DNA of 64,000 bases from Malacoraja senta. Taxonomy: Eukaryota. The stretch spans positions 22,570,001 to 22,634,000 of the forward strand of contig CM075988.1 of NCBI GenBank assembly GCA_038087875.1. The letters run 5' to 3'. Shown in pieces: positions 49,167-62,040 of this stretch. The position numbers were made by a program, and so were the translations under genes. The notes under the pieces are model-generated. The model did not search any database. It was not told the origin of the DNA and saw only the letters and a list, made by a program, of their open reading frames with translations. The first letter of the stretch is position 1; each line of letters opens with the position of its first letter.

Positions 49167-49457
49167 CCACGGTGGCGCAGCGGTAGAGTTGTTGCCTCAC
49201 GACACCACCAACCCGGGTTTGATCCTGACTACCTACGGGTGCTGTCTGTACGGAGTTTGTACGTTCTCCCCGTGGCCGCGTGGGTTTCCTCCGGGTGCTC
49301 CGGTTTCCTCCCACACTCCAGGTTTGCAGGTTAATTGGCTTCCATAAAACCGGCCCTAGCGTGTAGGATAGTGCAGGTATACGGGGTCATCGCTGGTCGG
49401 TTCGGACCTGGTGGGCCGAAGGGCCTGTTTCGTGCTGTATTTCGAAGCTAAACTAAG
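49167..49457 (+). mobile_element. V-SINE, near full length
   Basis: Head, V core and ctaaa tail. Confidence 0.85.
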
Positions 49458-49897
49458 AGTCTTGTGGTGTCCGCCCTTATTTGCCTTCTACTGTATTGGG
49501 GAAGGACTCTTCCTTAGACGACCGTGTTCCCGGCAACACCAGGGACAGGCGAGTGTCGGGGTCAGCCACAGCCCAGTGGAGCAGCGGTAGCACCGACTCG
49601 CCCACCGTGCGGCTGGCCGAAGCCGGCACGGGGCGAGTGGTCGAGCGAGATGGTGGGGTTGGAGCAGAGGTGGAGTCGGAGTCCCCGCGGACGAGATCTC
49701 AGCCTCGAGGTGGCTTATGTGGAGGGGGTAGGGGGAAATGAGGGGGGGGGGTAGGGGGAAATGAGGGGGGGGGAGAGGCGGGGGGACGAGGACTTTTTGT
49801 AGCGTTATCGACGCCTTTGCGGTGACTCTTTTGTGTACAGAAATAAAGAAGTTCACTGCAGCCAGTCACAGGTGACAATAAAGTGTCATCATCAAGG

Positions 49898-50458
49898 ACG
49901 GAGGGAGGAGGAGGGGTGGCGAGGAGGGAGGGGGGAGGAGTAGGGGAGGGAGGAGGGGGGTGGAAGATGAGGGGGAGAGGAAGAGGGGAGGGGGGGATGG
50001 GGGGGAGGAAGAGGAGGGGAGGAGGAGGAGGGGAGAGGAGGGGGGTAGGAGGGGGGGAAGAGGGAGGGGGAGGAAGAGGAGGGGGAGAGGAAGAGGGGAG
50101 GATTGGGGGATGAAGAGGAAAGGAAGAGGAGGGGGGAGGAGGAGGGGGAGGGGAGAGGAGGGGAGGGGGAGGAGGAGGAGGGGGGGAGGAGGAGGAGGAG
50201 GAGGGGAGGAAGAGGAGGGGGGAGGAAGAGGAGGGGGGAGGGGGAGGGATGAGGAGGGGGGGGTTGGAAGAGGAGGGGGGAGAGGAAGAGGGAGGATTGG
50301 GGGATGAAGAGGAAAGGAAGAGGGGGGGAGGAGGAGGGGGAGGGGAGAGGAGGGGAGGGGGGAGGAAGAGGAGGGGGGGGAGGAAGAGGAGGGGGGGAGG
50401 AAAGGGGAGGGGGAGGAGGGGAAGAGGAGGGGGGAGGAAGAGGAGGAAGAGGGTGGAA
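49898..50458 (+). repeat. G/A polypurine low-complexity tract (~560 bp)
   Basis: Direct observation; source of the poly-Pro/poly-Gly ORFs. Confidence 0.95.
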
Positions 50459-50482
50459 CGAGAGACTGGGACACACACGTAC

Positions 50483-50572
50483 CTCATACTGGTGGAGAAG
50501 CTGCACCATGGAATCGCCCACAAAGAGAATGTCGGGCTCCTTGTCCTTGCAGTCCAAGACGAAGCGGCTGTG
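50483..50572 (-). CDS. PAFAH1B2: PAFAH1B2 coding exon 2 (HSRFVLDCKDKEPDILFVGDSMVQLLHQYE)
   Basis: ctctccgcttgcAG / GAG|GTACGT, 90 nt; catalytic Ser in GDSM. Confidence 0.97.
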
Positions 50573-51984
50573 CTGCAAGCGGAGAGAGCGCTCAGTCCGC
50601 TTCACGCCAAACCCCGCGTAATCCCGTGGTGCTCGAGGTTATCATGGCCGTCACCGAGTGGAGGCGGGGTCAACGGACGGCGCGAGAGCCCCAGGTGGCC
50701 ATTCGGCCCCTCCCGCCTGCACTGACATGCAATGGAGTGGTGGTGGCCCCCCCCCCCCCCCCCCCCCGAGGGATGCCCCATCTAAGCCCAGGGTCACGGC
50801 ATGGACAGAGCGGTGGCGATCGACCCGTCATGTTCATGGTGATCTACCCGCAGAGTGGCGACATGGACAAGATGGCCGTGATCTCTGGGAAGGGTCACAG
50901 TGATCCTTCCTCAGATACAACGCCCAAAATCGCTCACAATATTCCCAATGCAGCCTGACCAGCGCCTTACAGAGCCTCAGCATTACTTCCCCTATTTTAC
51001 AGTATATACATGCCCTCTCAAAATAAACGCTGGCATTGCGTCTGCTTTCTTTACTGCCGATTCGACTTGCAGAATAACTTTTTGGGGGAATCCTGCGCCA
51101 GCAATCCTAAATCCCTTTGCACGTCCGATTTCTGGATTCTCTCCCCATTTAGAAAATAGTCAACGGCTTTATTCCCACTACCAAAATGCATGGCTCCCCA
51201 CTTTGCTGCACTATACTCCATCTGCCACACCTCTGCCCACTCTCCCAATCTCAAATATATCAATCTCTGGAGGTAAGACACAAAAAACTGGAGTAACTCA
51301 GTGGGACAGGCAGCATCTCTGGTGAGAAGGAATGGGTGACGTTTTGGACATCTTCTGAAGGGTCTCGACCCGAAACGTCGCCCATTCCTTCTCTCCAGAG
51401 ATGCTGCCTGTCCCGCTGAGTTACTCCAGCTTTGTGCGTCTCCAGCATCTGCCGTTCCTTCCTGCACAGATCAATCTCTGGTAAGCTGGCGGTCTGGTAT
51501 AATATCAAAGAGTCACCCCTATGAGGGAAGAGTCAGTCTGAAACTATCTACCCCTTATTTGCACCCGCGGGAATTCCCAAACTCTCCAGGGTTGAGATCA
51601 GGAGCCTTTCACCCGCCTGATATCGTTACTCCCATTATATGTTCTTGATTAGTACGAGTGTCAGGGGCTACGGGGGGGAAGGCAGGAGAATGGGGTTCGT
51701 AGGGAGAGATAGATCAGCCGTGATTGAATGGCGGAGTAGACTTGATGGGCCGAATAGCCTCATTCTACTCCTATTCCGTATGACCTCATGACACTGCAAC
51801 GTCTCACCTAAGATGAGTGAAAAGCTATTTGGCAAGTTCACTCCATTTGAAGGAAAGCGGGTCGCGAACATCTCACGAGTAGAGTCGCCGGGAACCAGAA
51901 CTGTCTCGCCCCAACCGGCACGTTTCGGACGTGAGGAATAGGGCGAGGCAGCAGATAGTCAGACTGGACAACAGCACTGGCTGA

Positions 51985-52370
51985 ATACACACATATACAC
52001 ACACTCAAATGTACACACACACGTAGATACACAAATATACATACATATCTAATATATATACAAATATATTGTGTGTATATGCATGTGTGTTTATGTATAC
52101 ATGCACACACATGTACACACAAATATACAAACATATATTATATAAATATGTGTATATATGCGTGTGTGCATGTACACATATACAAATATATATACACCAA
52201 CAAATATATATACACATAGATACACAAATATACATACATATATATAGTGTATATATCTATGTGTTTATGTATACATGCACACACATACACACACAAATAT
52301 ACATACATATATAATATATGTGTATGTATGCGTGTGTGTATGTACACACACACACATATACACCCACACC
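51985..52370. repeat. Degenerate (TA)/(CA) microsatellite
   Basis: Direct observation. Confidence 0.9.
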
Positions 52371-52424
52371 CACCCCAGAGTTGCAGACGTACCAGCGATG
52401 CAAGGCAGGGCCGGGTCCACTTAC

Positions 52425-52505
52425 CAGTGCGTGCCAGCGTCCATCTCCCTGGATGTCCTCGGCATAGAGAGGAACGGCAGCAGAGTTGAGCACCTCTTGA
52501 CTCAT
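52425..52505 (-). CDS. PAFAH1B2: PAFAH1B2 first coding exon, PAF acetylhydrolase IB alpha2 subunit (MSQEVLNSAAVPLYAEDIQGDGRWHAL); spliced CDS 229 aa
   Basis: ATG at 52505; CTG|GTAAGT donor; exons 81+90+117+123+279 nt, all phase 0; EDIQGDxRW motif; exact 5' acceptor ambiguous. Confidence 0.95.
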
Positions 52506-52741
52506 GCTGTCCCGGGGGTGGAGGCCAGGGGTGAAGCCAGGGGGGGGGATGGTCTGCGGCTCCGGTGGGGCCGACGTCCCCGTGGGCTCCGGCGGCTCAG
52601 CTACAAACCCGATCTAAATGTGAGACCAAGATGGCCGTGATGAGTTCAACAGTTTGAGAGCAGGCTTTCCCAGAAAGCAGCTACTGCAGTCACACCTTCC
52701 CAAGCATTAGTGCATTGGGCGTTTAGAGATACACAGGTAAG

Positions 52742-53110
52742 TAGACAATAGACAATAGGTGCAGGAGTAGGCCATTCAGCCCTTTGAGCCAGCACCACCA
52801 TTCAATGTGATCATGGCTGATCATCCCCAATCAGTACCCCGTTCCTGCCTTCTCCCCATATCCCCTGACTCCGCTATCTTTAAGAGCCCTATCTAGCTCT
52901 CTCTTGAAACATCCAGAGAACCTGCCTCCACCGCCCTCTGAGGCAGAGAATTCCAGACTCACCGCTCTCTGTGAGAAAAAGTGTTTCCTCGTCTCCGTTC
53001 TAAATGGCTTACTCCTTATTCTTAAACCGTGGCCCCTGGTTCTGGACTCCCCCAACATCGGGATCATGTTTCCTGCCTCTAGCGTGTCCAAGCCCGTAAC
53101 AATCTTAACA
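52742..53110 (-). mobile_element. CR1/HER1-like 3' fragment
   Basis: ORF 52831-53139. Confidence 0.9.
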
Positions 53111-53114
53111 AAGT

Positions 53115-54225
53115 GACAGGGAGAACATGCAAACTCCACACAGGCAGCAGCCGAGGTCAGAATCGAACTCGGGTCTCTGGCGGTGTGAGGCAGCGCCTCA
53201 TACTAAATAAACTCTAGTTTATTTAGTTTAGTTTAGAGATACAGGGCGCAAACAGGCCCTTCAGCCCACAGAGTCCGCGCCAACCAGCAATCCCTGCACA
53301 CTAATACTACCCTACACACACTAGCGACAATTTATATTTACACCAAGCCAATTAACCTACAAACCTGTAGGTCTTTGGAGTGTGGGAGGAAACCGAAGAT
53401 CTCGGAGAAAAAATAACTGATAATTTATTTCATATTAATTTTGCCTTGTTCCGTCTGATGCGCCTGTACAGCTGCAACAAGCGGTAGAGTTGCTGCCTTT
53501 CAGGGCCAGAAACCCACATTCTCCCAGTGACCGAGTGGGTTTTCTCCGGGATCTCCGGTTTCCTCCCACACTCCAAAGAAGTGCAGGTTTGTAGGTTAAT
53601 TGGCCCTCTGTAAATTGCCCGCAGCATGTAGGGAGTGGATACGAAACTGAGGTAACACAGAATCAGTGAGGACAAATGATCTACGGTCGGCTTGGATCTG
53701 ATGGCTGAAGGGCCAGTTTCCACGCTGTGTCTCTCTAAACTAAAACTAAAATTATTCTCATCCTCATCTCAAGCACTGCCAACAACTTAAAGTTAAATGC
53801 TGGAACTGTTACCATCTGGTTTGCTGCATAACATGTTCTGAGGATATTACATTGATGGTTCTTAAAAGCCAATTTACGGAAAAATCTCATTTTACTGGTG
53901 AACATCCTGACCCCCCTAGTGCAGAGAATGTTTGAGTCTCCTAAGTACATTTAGCTTTCAGTTTAGCGCGGAAACATGCCCTTCGGCCCACCGAGTCCAC
54001 GCCAACCAGCAATCCCCGCACACTAGCGCTATCCGACACACTAGGGACCATTTACAATTTTTACTGAAACAAAGTAACCTGCAAGCCCGCAAGTCCTTGG
54101 AGTGTTGGAGGAAACCGGAGCACCCGGAGCAAACCCACGCGGTCACGGGGAGAACGTACTAACTCCATACAGACAGCACCCGTAGTTGGGATCGAACCCA
54201 GGACTCTGGTGCTGTGAGGCAGCGA
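53115..54225. mobile_element. Cluster of V-SINE copies in both orientations
   Basis: Copies at about 53220-53410 (-), 53480-53750 (+) and 53960-54222 (-). Confidence 0.75.
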
Positions 54226-55334
54226 GTCTACATGGGGAATCTTAGTCAGCAAATCATGTCATGCTTTGACATAGAGTTATAGTGTCAATATAGTTTGGAA
54301 ACAGGCCCTTCGGCCTAACTTGCCCACACCAACCAACATGCCCCATCTACACTAGTCTCACCATTTGGCCCATATCCCTCTAAACCTAATCCGCGCAAAC
54401 TCTCCCTTTATATCCAGGCCCTCGAGTCCTGGCAACATCCTCATAACTCTTCTCTACACCCTTTCCAGCTTGACAACATCTTCACTATGGCAGAGTGATC
54501 AGAACTGAAAGCAATGCTCTGAATGTGGCCTCACCGATGTCTTGTACAACTGCAACAGACAGTCCACAACCATGAGCGACCAATACAACAGACTGGATGA
54601 TAGTCTAACAAGGCATTTAGTGCAGAGATTTACAAGGATGTTGCCAGGACTTGAGGGCCTGGGCTGCAGGGAGAGGTTGGGCAGGCTGGGACTTTATTCC
54701 TTGGAGCGCAGGAGGCTGAGGGGTGATCTTACAGAAGTGTATACAATCATGAGGGGAAAAGATCGGGTCTTTGAGCCGGGGTAGAGGAATCAAGAACCAG
54801 GTGACATTGGTTTAAGGTGAGAGGGGAAAGATTTAATACAACCAGTGGAGCAACTATTTCCACACCTTGTCTCTCGGGAGCTGGAGACAGTGGCCGACCC
54901 CAGTCATCGTGCTTCCCTGAAGCAGATGGAGCAGCATCCCCTGACCCGTTCCCTCTCGCTCCCCCCCCTCCCGCCCGCGCAGAGGCTCAGCTTTCTCCCG
55001 GGAATCAGAGTGATAAACTCAACCCAATGTTGACAACATGTCCTCACGTGTGGCAGCAAAGCTCCCCTCCCTCATTTGTTTCTCTCGTTGGGTTTCGACG
55101 GCTCATCAGACGGTGTAACCGTGAGGGGGCCGGACACGTCGGAAGCCGGGTAGGAGGGTGAACATAGGAGTAATGCCTGCAGTGCCTTCAGGCAAGCTGC
55201 AGGAGGCGCCACCGGGACACAAAGATGGGAGGGGGATGGACGTTGGTTCACGGGAACTGCTCCAGTACAATCGAGCGGGCGGGCGGGCCGGATTTTGGAC
55301 TTAATGGTGGCGCCCGCATGTGTAATTGTGTCCG

Positions 55335-55762
55335 TGGATTGTCACCTTGTCGTGGTGGAGAAGCTTGTTTGGACCTGAGATCCTGAGAGCGATGCCGTCT
55401 GGAGCGATGCCCCTGGTAGGGCCACCCATGGCGGTAAGGTCGAGGGGGAGGTGTCCGACAAAGAGCAATCCAACCAAGACCTCAACGGTGGAACAGGCGG
55501 AGGACGATGGCTGACCTTAGTGGAGCGTCACACCGGCTGGGAAGGCGGATGGATGAAGGCTGCAGCAGAAAAGGGTCTCCGATCGTCTTGGACTCCATGC
55601 CACTGGATCCTGACCCAGATCTGTCAAGGACCATGGGGTGGCTGTCTGTGCACCAGTCTCCCCACGTTACACAAAGTCACGCACTGGCGTCCTCCATATA
55701 GGGATGGAGAGGGGAGGACAGTCATACTCGTTTCGAGTGACCGCCGATGATGATGATGATGA
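55335..55762 (+). mobile_element. Bipartite non-autonomous RTE element (5' end fused to 3' end)
   Basis: 5' gtcaccttgtcgtggtggag...gcccctggtagggccacccatggc resembles Rex3/Expander/BovB 5' ends; 3' end and (GAT)n tail match 17635-17687. Confidence 0.65.
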
Positions 55763-56002
55763 ATATATCCAAAAATAATTTCACTGGGCAGTTGCAAATG
55801 TGACAAACATAGCAGCATTGACAATGACCTGCCCATCAACTCCACCCCGACCCCCCACCTCCCCAACTCTATTAACCTGCATATGTCTGGGATATAGGAG
55901 AGTCTAGAGTTCCCACAGAACGTGCAAACTCCACACAGACAGCAGCAATGGCCACTGCATTACTGTGCCGACCTTTTACAACCATTTCATTCAATGCACT
56001 GG

Positions 56003-56192
56003 TACACAAAAATGCTGGAGAAACTCAGCGGGTGCAGCAGCATCTATGGAGCGAAGGAAATAGGCTAAAGAAAGGTTTCGGCCCGAAACGTTGCCCATTT
56101 CCTTCGCTCCATAGATGCTGCTGCACCCGCTGAGTTTCTCCAGCATTTTTGTCCACCTTCGATTTTCCAGCATCTGCAGTTCCTTCTTTAAC
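56003..56192. mobile_element. Penelope-derived inverted repeat pair
   Basis: Palindromic arms around ...gaaaggtttcggcccgaaacgttg. Confidence 0.7.
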
Positions 56193-56556
56193 ACTTTCTC
56201 ATTCAATGCACTGTTGCATTCAAACTGAAACAACAGTCATTTACCTCAAGGTTTATGATGTTCCGCGTAGACCTTAAGCCAGTCTCGTCGTTCCGTCAGG
56301 GCTCACCGACGACTTCCCGATTAAATCACTGTTTCAATAACAGAATCGGCAAGGGAAAAGGTTTACTAGCAATGAATCTTAACGGCAAAAAATTTGATTA
56401 AAAAAAAAAACACCAAGCAGTCTTACAGTGGGTCAGGCAGCATCCCTGGAGTACAAAGTAGGACACATAGTGCTGGAGCAACTCAGCGGGTCAGGCAGCA
56501 TCTCTGGAGCCTGACCTAGAGTCTATCCCCTTGCACTTCACATTCCTCACGTCATT

Positions 56557-56920
56557 CATAGAAACATGAAAATAGGTGCAGGAGTAGGCCATTCGGCCCT
56601 TCGAGCCTGCACCGCCATTCGATATGATCATGGCTGATCATCCAACTCAGTATCCCATCCCTGCCTTCTCTCCATACACCCTGATCCCTTTAGCCACAAG
56701 GGCCACATCTAACTCCCTCTTAAATATAGTCAATGAACTGGCCTCAACTACCTTCTGTGGCAGAGAATTCCACAGATTCACCACTCTCTGTGTGAAAAAT
56801 GATTTTCTCATCTCGGTCCTAAAAGACTTCCCTCTTATCCTTAAACTGTGACCCCTAGTTCTGGACTTCCCCAACATCGGGAATAATCTTCCTGCATCTA
56901 GCCTGTCCAATCCCTTAAGA
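56557..56920 (-). mobile_element. CR1/HER1-like 3' fragment
   Basis: ORF 56647-56910. Confidence 0.9.
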
Positions 56921-57176
56921 TGTATCCCTTATCATGTCTCTGTACACTGTGGGTGGCTCGATTGTAATCATGTTTTGTCTTTCCGCTGACTGGTTAGCAC
57001 GCAACAAAAGCTTTTCACTGTACCTCGGTACCCGTGACAATAAACTAATCTCAACTCTTTGTAAACCAGCAACTGCTGTTCCTTGTTTTTACACCAAACA
57101 TGTTCACAGGATAGTGTTAACATCCAGTCTTATTTTAGATTTCCCCCAAACTTTAAAGGAGATGTCCTTTAGATCA

Positions 57177-58340
57177 GCACGGTGGCGCAGCGGTAGAGTT
57201 GCTGCCCAACAGCGCCAGAGGCCCGGGTTCAATCCTGACTACGGGTGCTGTCTGTAGGGACTTTGTACCTTTTCCCCGTGACCTGCGTGGGTTTTCTCCG
57301 AGATCTTTGGTTTTCTCCCACACTCCAATGATGTACAGGTTTCTAGGTTAATTGGCTGAGTAAAAAATGCAAAATTGTCCCGACTGCATGCAGGGCAGTG
57401 TTAGAGGTCGGTGTGGATCAGTCTATTCTGCACTCTATCTCCAAACTAAATCTAAACGGCAGAAATAATATATCCTCTTCATCCACGAGCTTGCCCCACA
57501 AAATTTGACGCTGCCTTGGTGGCTCAACATGTAGCACCAACGTCTCATAGCTCCAGGTTCCTGGAGTTCAATCCCGATCTTAGATGTTCGTAAGACATGG
57601 GAGCAGAATTAGGCCATTCGGCCCATCGACTCTGCTCCACCATTCAAACAGTCGATCATTTTTTCCCTCACAATTGCTCTCTCCTGCCTTCTCCCCATAA
57701 CCCCCGACACCCTTATTAATCAAGAATCTGTCAATCTCCACTTTAAAACTACCCAATGATTTGGCCTCTAACGCCATCTGCGGCAATGAATTCCACAGAT
57801 TCACCACCCTCTGGCTAAAGAAAGTCCTCATCTCCTTTGTATACGCACATCTTTATATTCTAAGGTTGTGCCCTCTGGTTCTAAACTCTCCGAGTGGAAA
57901 CATCCTCTCGACATCCACTTTATACAGGCCTTTTACTCTTTGGTAAGTTTCAATGAGATCCCCCCCCACCCATCTAAACTCCAGTGAGTACAGAACCAGG
58001 GCCTTTAATCGCTCCTCATACGTTAACCCCAATCATCACCAGATTATTCTCGTAAACCTCCTTCAGACTTTAGAGATACAGCACGGGAAACAGTCCCTTC
58101 GGCCCACTGAGCCTGCGTAGACCAGCAAACACCTTGTACATTAGCACTATCCTACACACTGGGGACAATATATCATTTTTACTGAAGCCAATTAACCTTC
58201 AAACCTGCACGTCTTTGGAGTGTGGGAGGAAACCGGAGCACCCGGAGGAAAACCCACAGGGTCACAGGGAGTGTGTACAAACTCCGTACAGACAGCACCC
58301 ATAGTCAGGATCGAACTAGGGTCTCTGGCGCTGCGCTCAG
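57177..58340. mobile_element. V-SINE (+, 57177-57455), CR1 fragment (-, about 57590-58062) and V-SINE (-, 58068-58340)
   Basis: Family homology within the window. Confidence 0.75.
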
Positions 58341-58887
58341 TTCAGGCCACCATGCCTCATCTGGACCCTCCCCAACGCCAGCACATCCCCCTCAGATATG
58401 GGGCCCCAAAACCGCTCACAAACGACACCCATTCCTTCTATCCAGAGATGCTGCCTGTCCCGCTGAGTTACTCCAGCATTTAACATCTTTCTTCGGTTTA
58501 ATCCAGCATCTGCAGTTCCTTCCTACACAATGGGTCCGATGGGATTGGTTTGCTGAGAGGTAGCAAGGACTCAAAGGCCTGAATGGCCTCCTATATTGTA
58601 GAACGTTTTAGGACAGGTGCCCATCAGCTTGGTCGGAAGGACAGGCTGCAAAGAACATATGAGGAGTGGGATGGAGTGGTTCGGGGATTAAATACTGCAG
58701 ATTGCTGGAGGAACTCAGCAGGACAGACAGCATCTGGTAAAAACATAAAGCATTGAACCGCCCTTCGGCTCACCGAGTCTGCACTGACCATCGATCACCC
58801 ATTCACACTAGTTATCCCACCTTCTCATCCACTCCCTACAAACAATTTACAGAATTTACAAACCCGCATGCCTTTGGGATGTGGGAG

Positions 58888-59260
58888 GAAACATATAAGA
58901 TTGTTAAGGACTTGGACACGCTAGAGGCAGGAAACATGTTCCCGATGTTGGAGGAGTCCAGAACCAGGGGCCACAGTTTAAGAATAAGGAGTAAGCCATT
59001 TAGAACGGAGACGAGGAAACACTTTTTCTCACAAAGAGTGGTGAGTCTGTGGAATGCTCTGCCTCAGAGGGCGGTGGAGGCAGGTTCTCTGGATGGTTCT
59101 TCAAGAGAGAGCTAGATAGGGCTCTTAAAAATAGCGGAGTCAGGGATATAGGGAGAAGGCAGGAACGGGGTACTGATTGGGGATGATCAGCCATGATCAC
59201 ATTGAATGGCGGTGCTGGCACGAAAGGCCACGTGGCCTACTCCTGCACCTATTGTCTATT
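58888..59260 (+). mobile_element. CR1/HER1-like 3' fragment
   Basis: C-terminal part of ORF 58753-59115. Confidence 0.9.
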
Positions 59261-60576
59261 GAAACGGAGCAGCCAGGGTTTTTTTTTTCTTCTTCTGGCC
59301 GATGCCCCGACAAAAGTCTCATCTGTCTATTTCCCCCCCACAGACGCTGCCTGGCCCACTGAGTTCCACCAGCGCTTTGTTTTGTTCAAGATTCCAGCAT
59401 CTGCAGTTTCTTGTGTTTCCAATAACAATGCAGAGTGTGGAGACCACGAGCGGAATGCTGCCACAACATCACTGACATGAAACATTCACGGGTCATTTCT
59501 CCAAAGACGCCGGCCGCCTGCTTTGCCGTGTGTTGTAATATGTTCAGCTTGTACTTCAGCCACCCAGGCGGCACATACTGTGTCTCTCTCTCTCTCTCTC
59601 ACCCTCGGCAGCGGGACAAATGGCCAGTGAGGCAGGGCCAACATTGCCCAGGAGTCGGGGACGGGATCAGTCAGGCAAGGATTGGGAAGCAAGTATGAAC
59701 ATATTAAGTGGGAATACTGGAGACTATAGATGCCGGAATCTTTTGCAAAGTTAAAATCTGCTGGTGGAACTCAGCGGATCAGGCAGCGTCTGTGGAGGGA
59801 AATGGAGAGTCGACGTTTCAGATAGGCCACCTGACCGGCCGAATTCCTCAAGCACTTCTGTTTTGTTTGATAATTTTTTTTAAAATTTGACTCGCTTCAT
59901 AATGAAGACCAACGCAACTGTTTCTGGGAACATCTGTAGGAATTTGCTCCCAATATAAGTAGGATTAAAAAGTGTATCATTTTGAAGCTACTGTTTGTAT
60001 TTGTAGAAAATTACAAACTATTGGGGGAAATCAGGTCAGGTAGCATCTGTGGAGGGAATGGACAGATGACATAGAAAATATGTGCAAGAGTAGGTCTTTC
60101 GGCCCTTCACGCCAGCACCGCTATACAATATGATCATGGCTGATCATCCAAAATCAGTACCCCGTTCCTGCTTCCTCCCCATATCCCTTGATTCTGTTAA
60201 CCCGTAGAGCTATATTTAACTCTCTCTTGAAAACATCTTCATCTCAGTCCTAAATGACCTACTCCTTATTCTTAACCTAAATGACATTTCAGGTCAGGAC
60301 CACTCTTCAGATTTGGCTTCTTATTTAGCATCAGACCCTGAACACAAGAGTTGGTGTCAGGCTATGAATACTTTCCCCGTGGGAAATTGTCAAATTCATT
60401 ATCAGGGGCTCCAACATCTGGACTGAATATCAATAGTTATATCAGGGAATGAATACCTGTAAGTAAAGTTCCGTCTTCTTTGTCTTAAGACTGGTCCCAA
60501 GATCAAATTTCAGGGTCGGCACCTTCAAATCCTCAAACCTGCCATGTTGTGGCCTCCCCTTCAGGTCTCGAACTTC

Positions 60577-60631
60577 ACAAGGAATTGAAATTGACAAGGA
60601 ATTGAAATTGACAAGGCATTGAAATTGACAA
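60577..60631 (+). repeat. 17-bp tandem repeat x3 (ACAAGGAATTGAAATTG)
   Basis: Direct observation. Confidence 0.85.
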
Positions 60632-61299
60632 ACGATCACTTTGATCAACACCTATTAAACATTGTCACAAACCGTCTTCGGTATTTTTGGCTTGCAGCAA
60701 CAAAAATACAGATTTAGCTGCAGGATAGAACTGCAGATGCTAGTTTAAATTGAAGGTAGACACAACATGCTGGAGTAACTCAGCGGGACAGGCAGCATCT
60801 CTGGAGAGAAGGAATGGGCAACGTTTTGGGTTGAGACCCTTCTTCAGACAATGATACATATTTATAAATACATATTAAGCTGTTAAGTGTCTTTGGAATG
60901 AGATATTCCAAAATAAATAGTGTTTTTTTTGCAAATTAAAAGCCCGGGCCTTCGTTCACAAGCAGCTGGGAATGTCACCTATGTGGCTGCTCCCTCGTTG
61001 GCATCATGTACCTGCAGACATGATTTTGCATCCATTTGTATATCCCTTAAATAGCTAATCTAGTCCCGGATTCTCATCCCACGATGTTTGCATCAATTGT
61101 TGACCCACATTGAGGAAGAGCGGAGGGGGGAGGGGGAGAGGAAGGCGCAAAGACTGGAAAGCAATACGTTTTGCAGAGAAATGTGTAGGAACTGAAAATG
61201 TTGGAGCAACTCAGCGGGACAGGCAGCATCTCTGGAGATAATTTGGGCTGCATAATGTGCATCGTGCATGTACAGGCGGAGCGGGGTGGACAGCATGTC

Positions 61300-62040
61300 T
61301 GTGGTGGGGGGTTGCAGGGCAGGGAGGGTGTATTGCACAGGTCGCGATGGAGAGAGAGGTACCTCCAGGCCTAAACATGGAGAGGATTGCCAGTGAATGG
61401 CGGTGGGAGAGCTACCTGCGGGCCGGGCCGAGTCAAGGGCTGCAGCCGCCGCCGCCGCTCCGTCCCGGGGTTGCAGAGTGAGGAGAGATGGGTGCATTGC
61501 ATGCATAAATGGGGGTGGAGGGGAGAGGTGCCTGCAGGCCAGGCCGAGGGCTTGCAGGGTGAGAAGGACGGGGTGCGTTGCATGGGTCGAGGTGCGCCTG
61601 GCTGCTCTGTGCCGGGGTTGCAGGGTGAGGAGGAGGGGGGGAGAGGTACCTGCAGGCCAGGCCAAGGGCTGGAGGGTGCATTGCACGGGTCGAGGTACCT
61701 GCAGGCCGGGCCAGGGTTGCAGGGTGAGGAGGGGGGGGGGGGGGTGGGGAGAGGTACCTGCAGGCCAGGCCGAGGGCTGCAGGGTGCATTGCACGGGTGG
61801 AGGTGCATTGCACGGGTCGAGGTACCTGCAGGCCGTGCCGGGGTTGCAGGGTGAGGAGAGGTACCTGCAGGCCGGGCCAGGGTTGCAGGGTGAGGAGGGG
61901 GGGGGGGGGTGGGGAGAGGTACCTGCAGGCCAGGCCGAGGGCTGCAGGGTGCATTGCACGGGTGGAGGTGCATTGCACGGGTCGAGGTACCTGCAGGCCG
62001 TGCCGGGGTTGCAGGGTGAGGAGAGGTACCTGCAGGCCGC
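61300..62040. repeat. GC-rich minisatellite with AGGTACCTGCAGGCC core and ~165-bp higher-order unit
   Basis: Eight perfect cores at about 61644, 61693, 61752, 61820, 61859, 61917, 61985 and 62024, plus degenerate copies to the left. Confidence 0.9.

Noticed and set aside
49699..50725. Long poly-Pro/poly-Gly ORFs
   Set aside because: Low-complexity purine tract; only the embedded 90-nt exon is real
61640..62040. CRISPR-like array of palindromic cores
   Set aside because: The spacers are themselves repeated, the context is eukaryotic, and there are no cas genes
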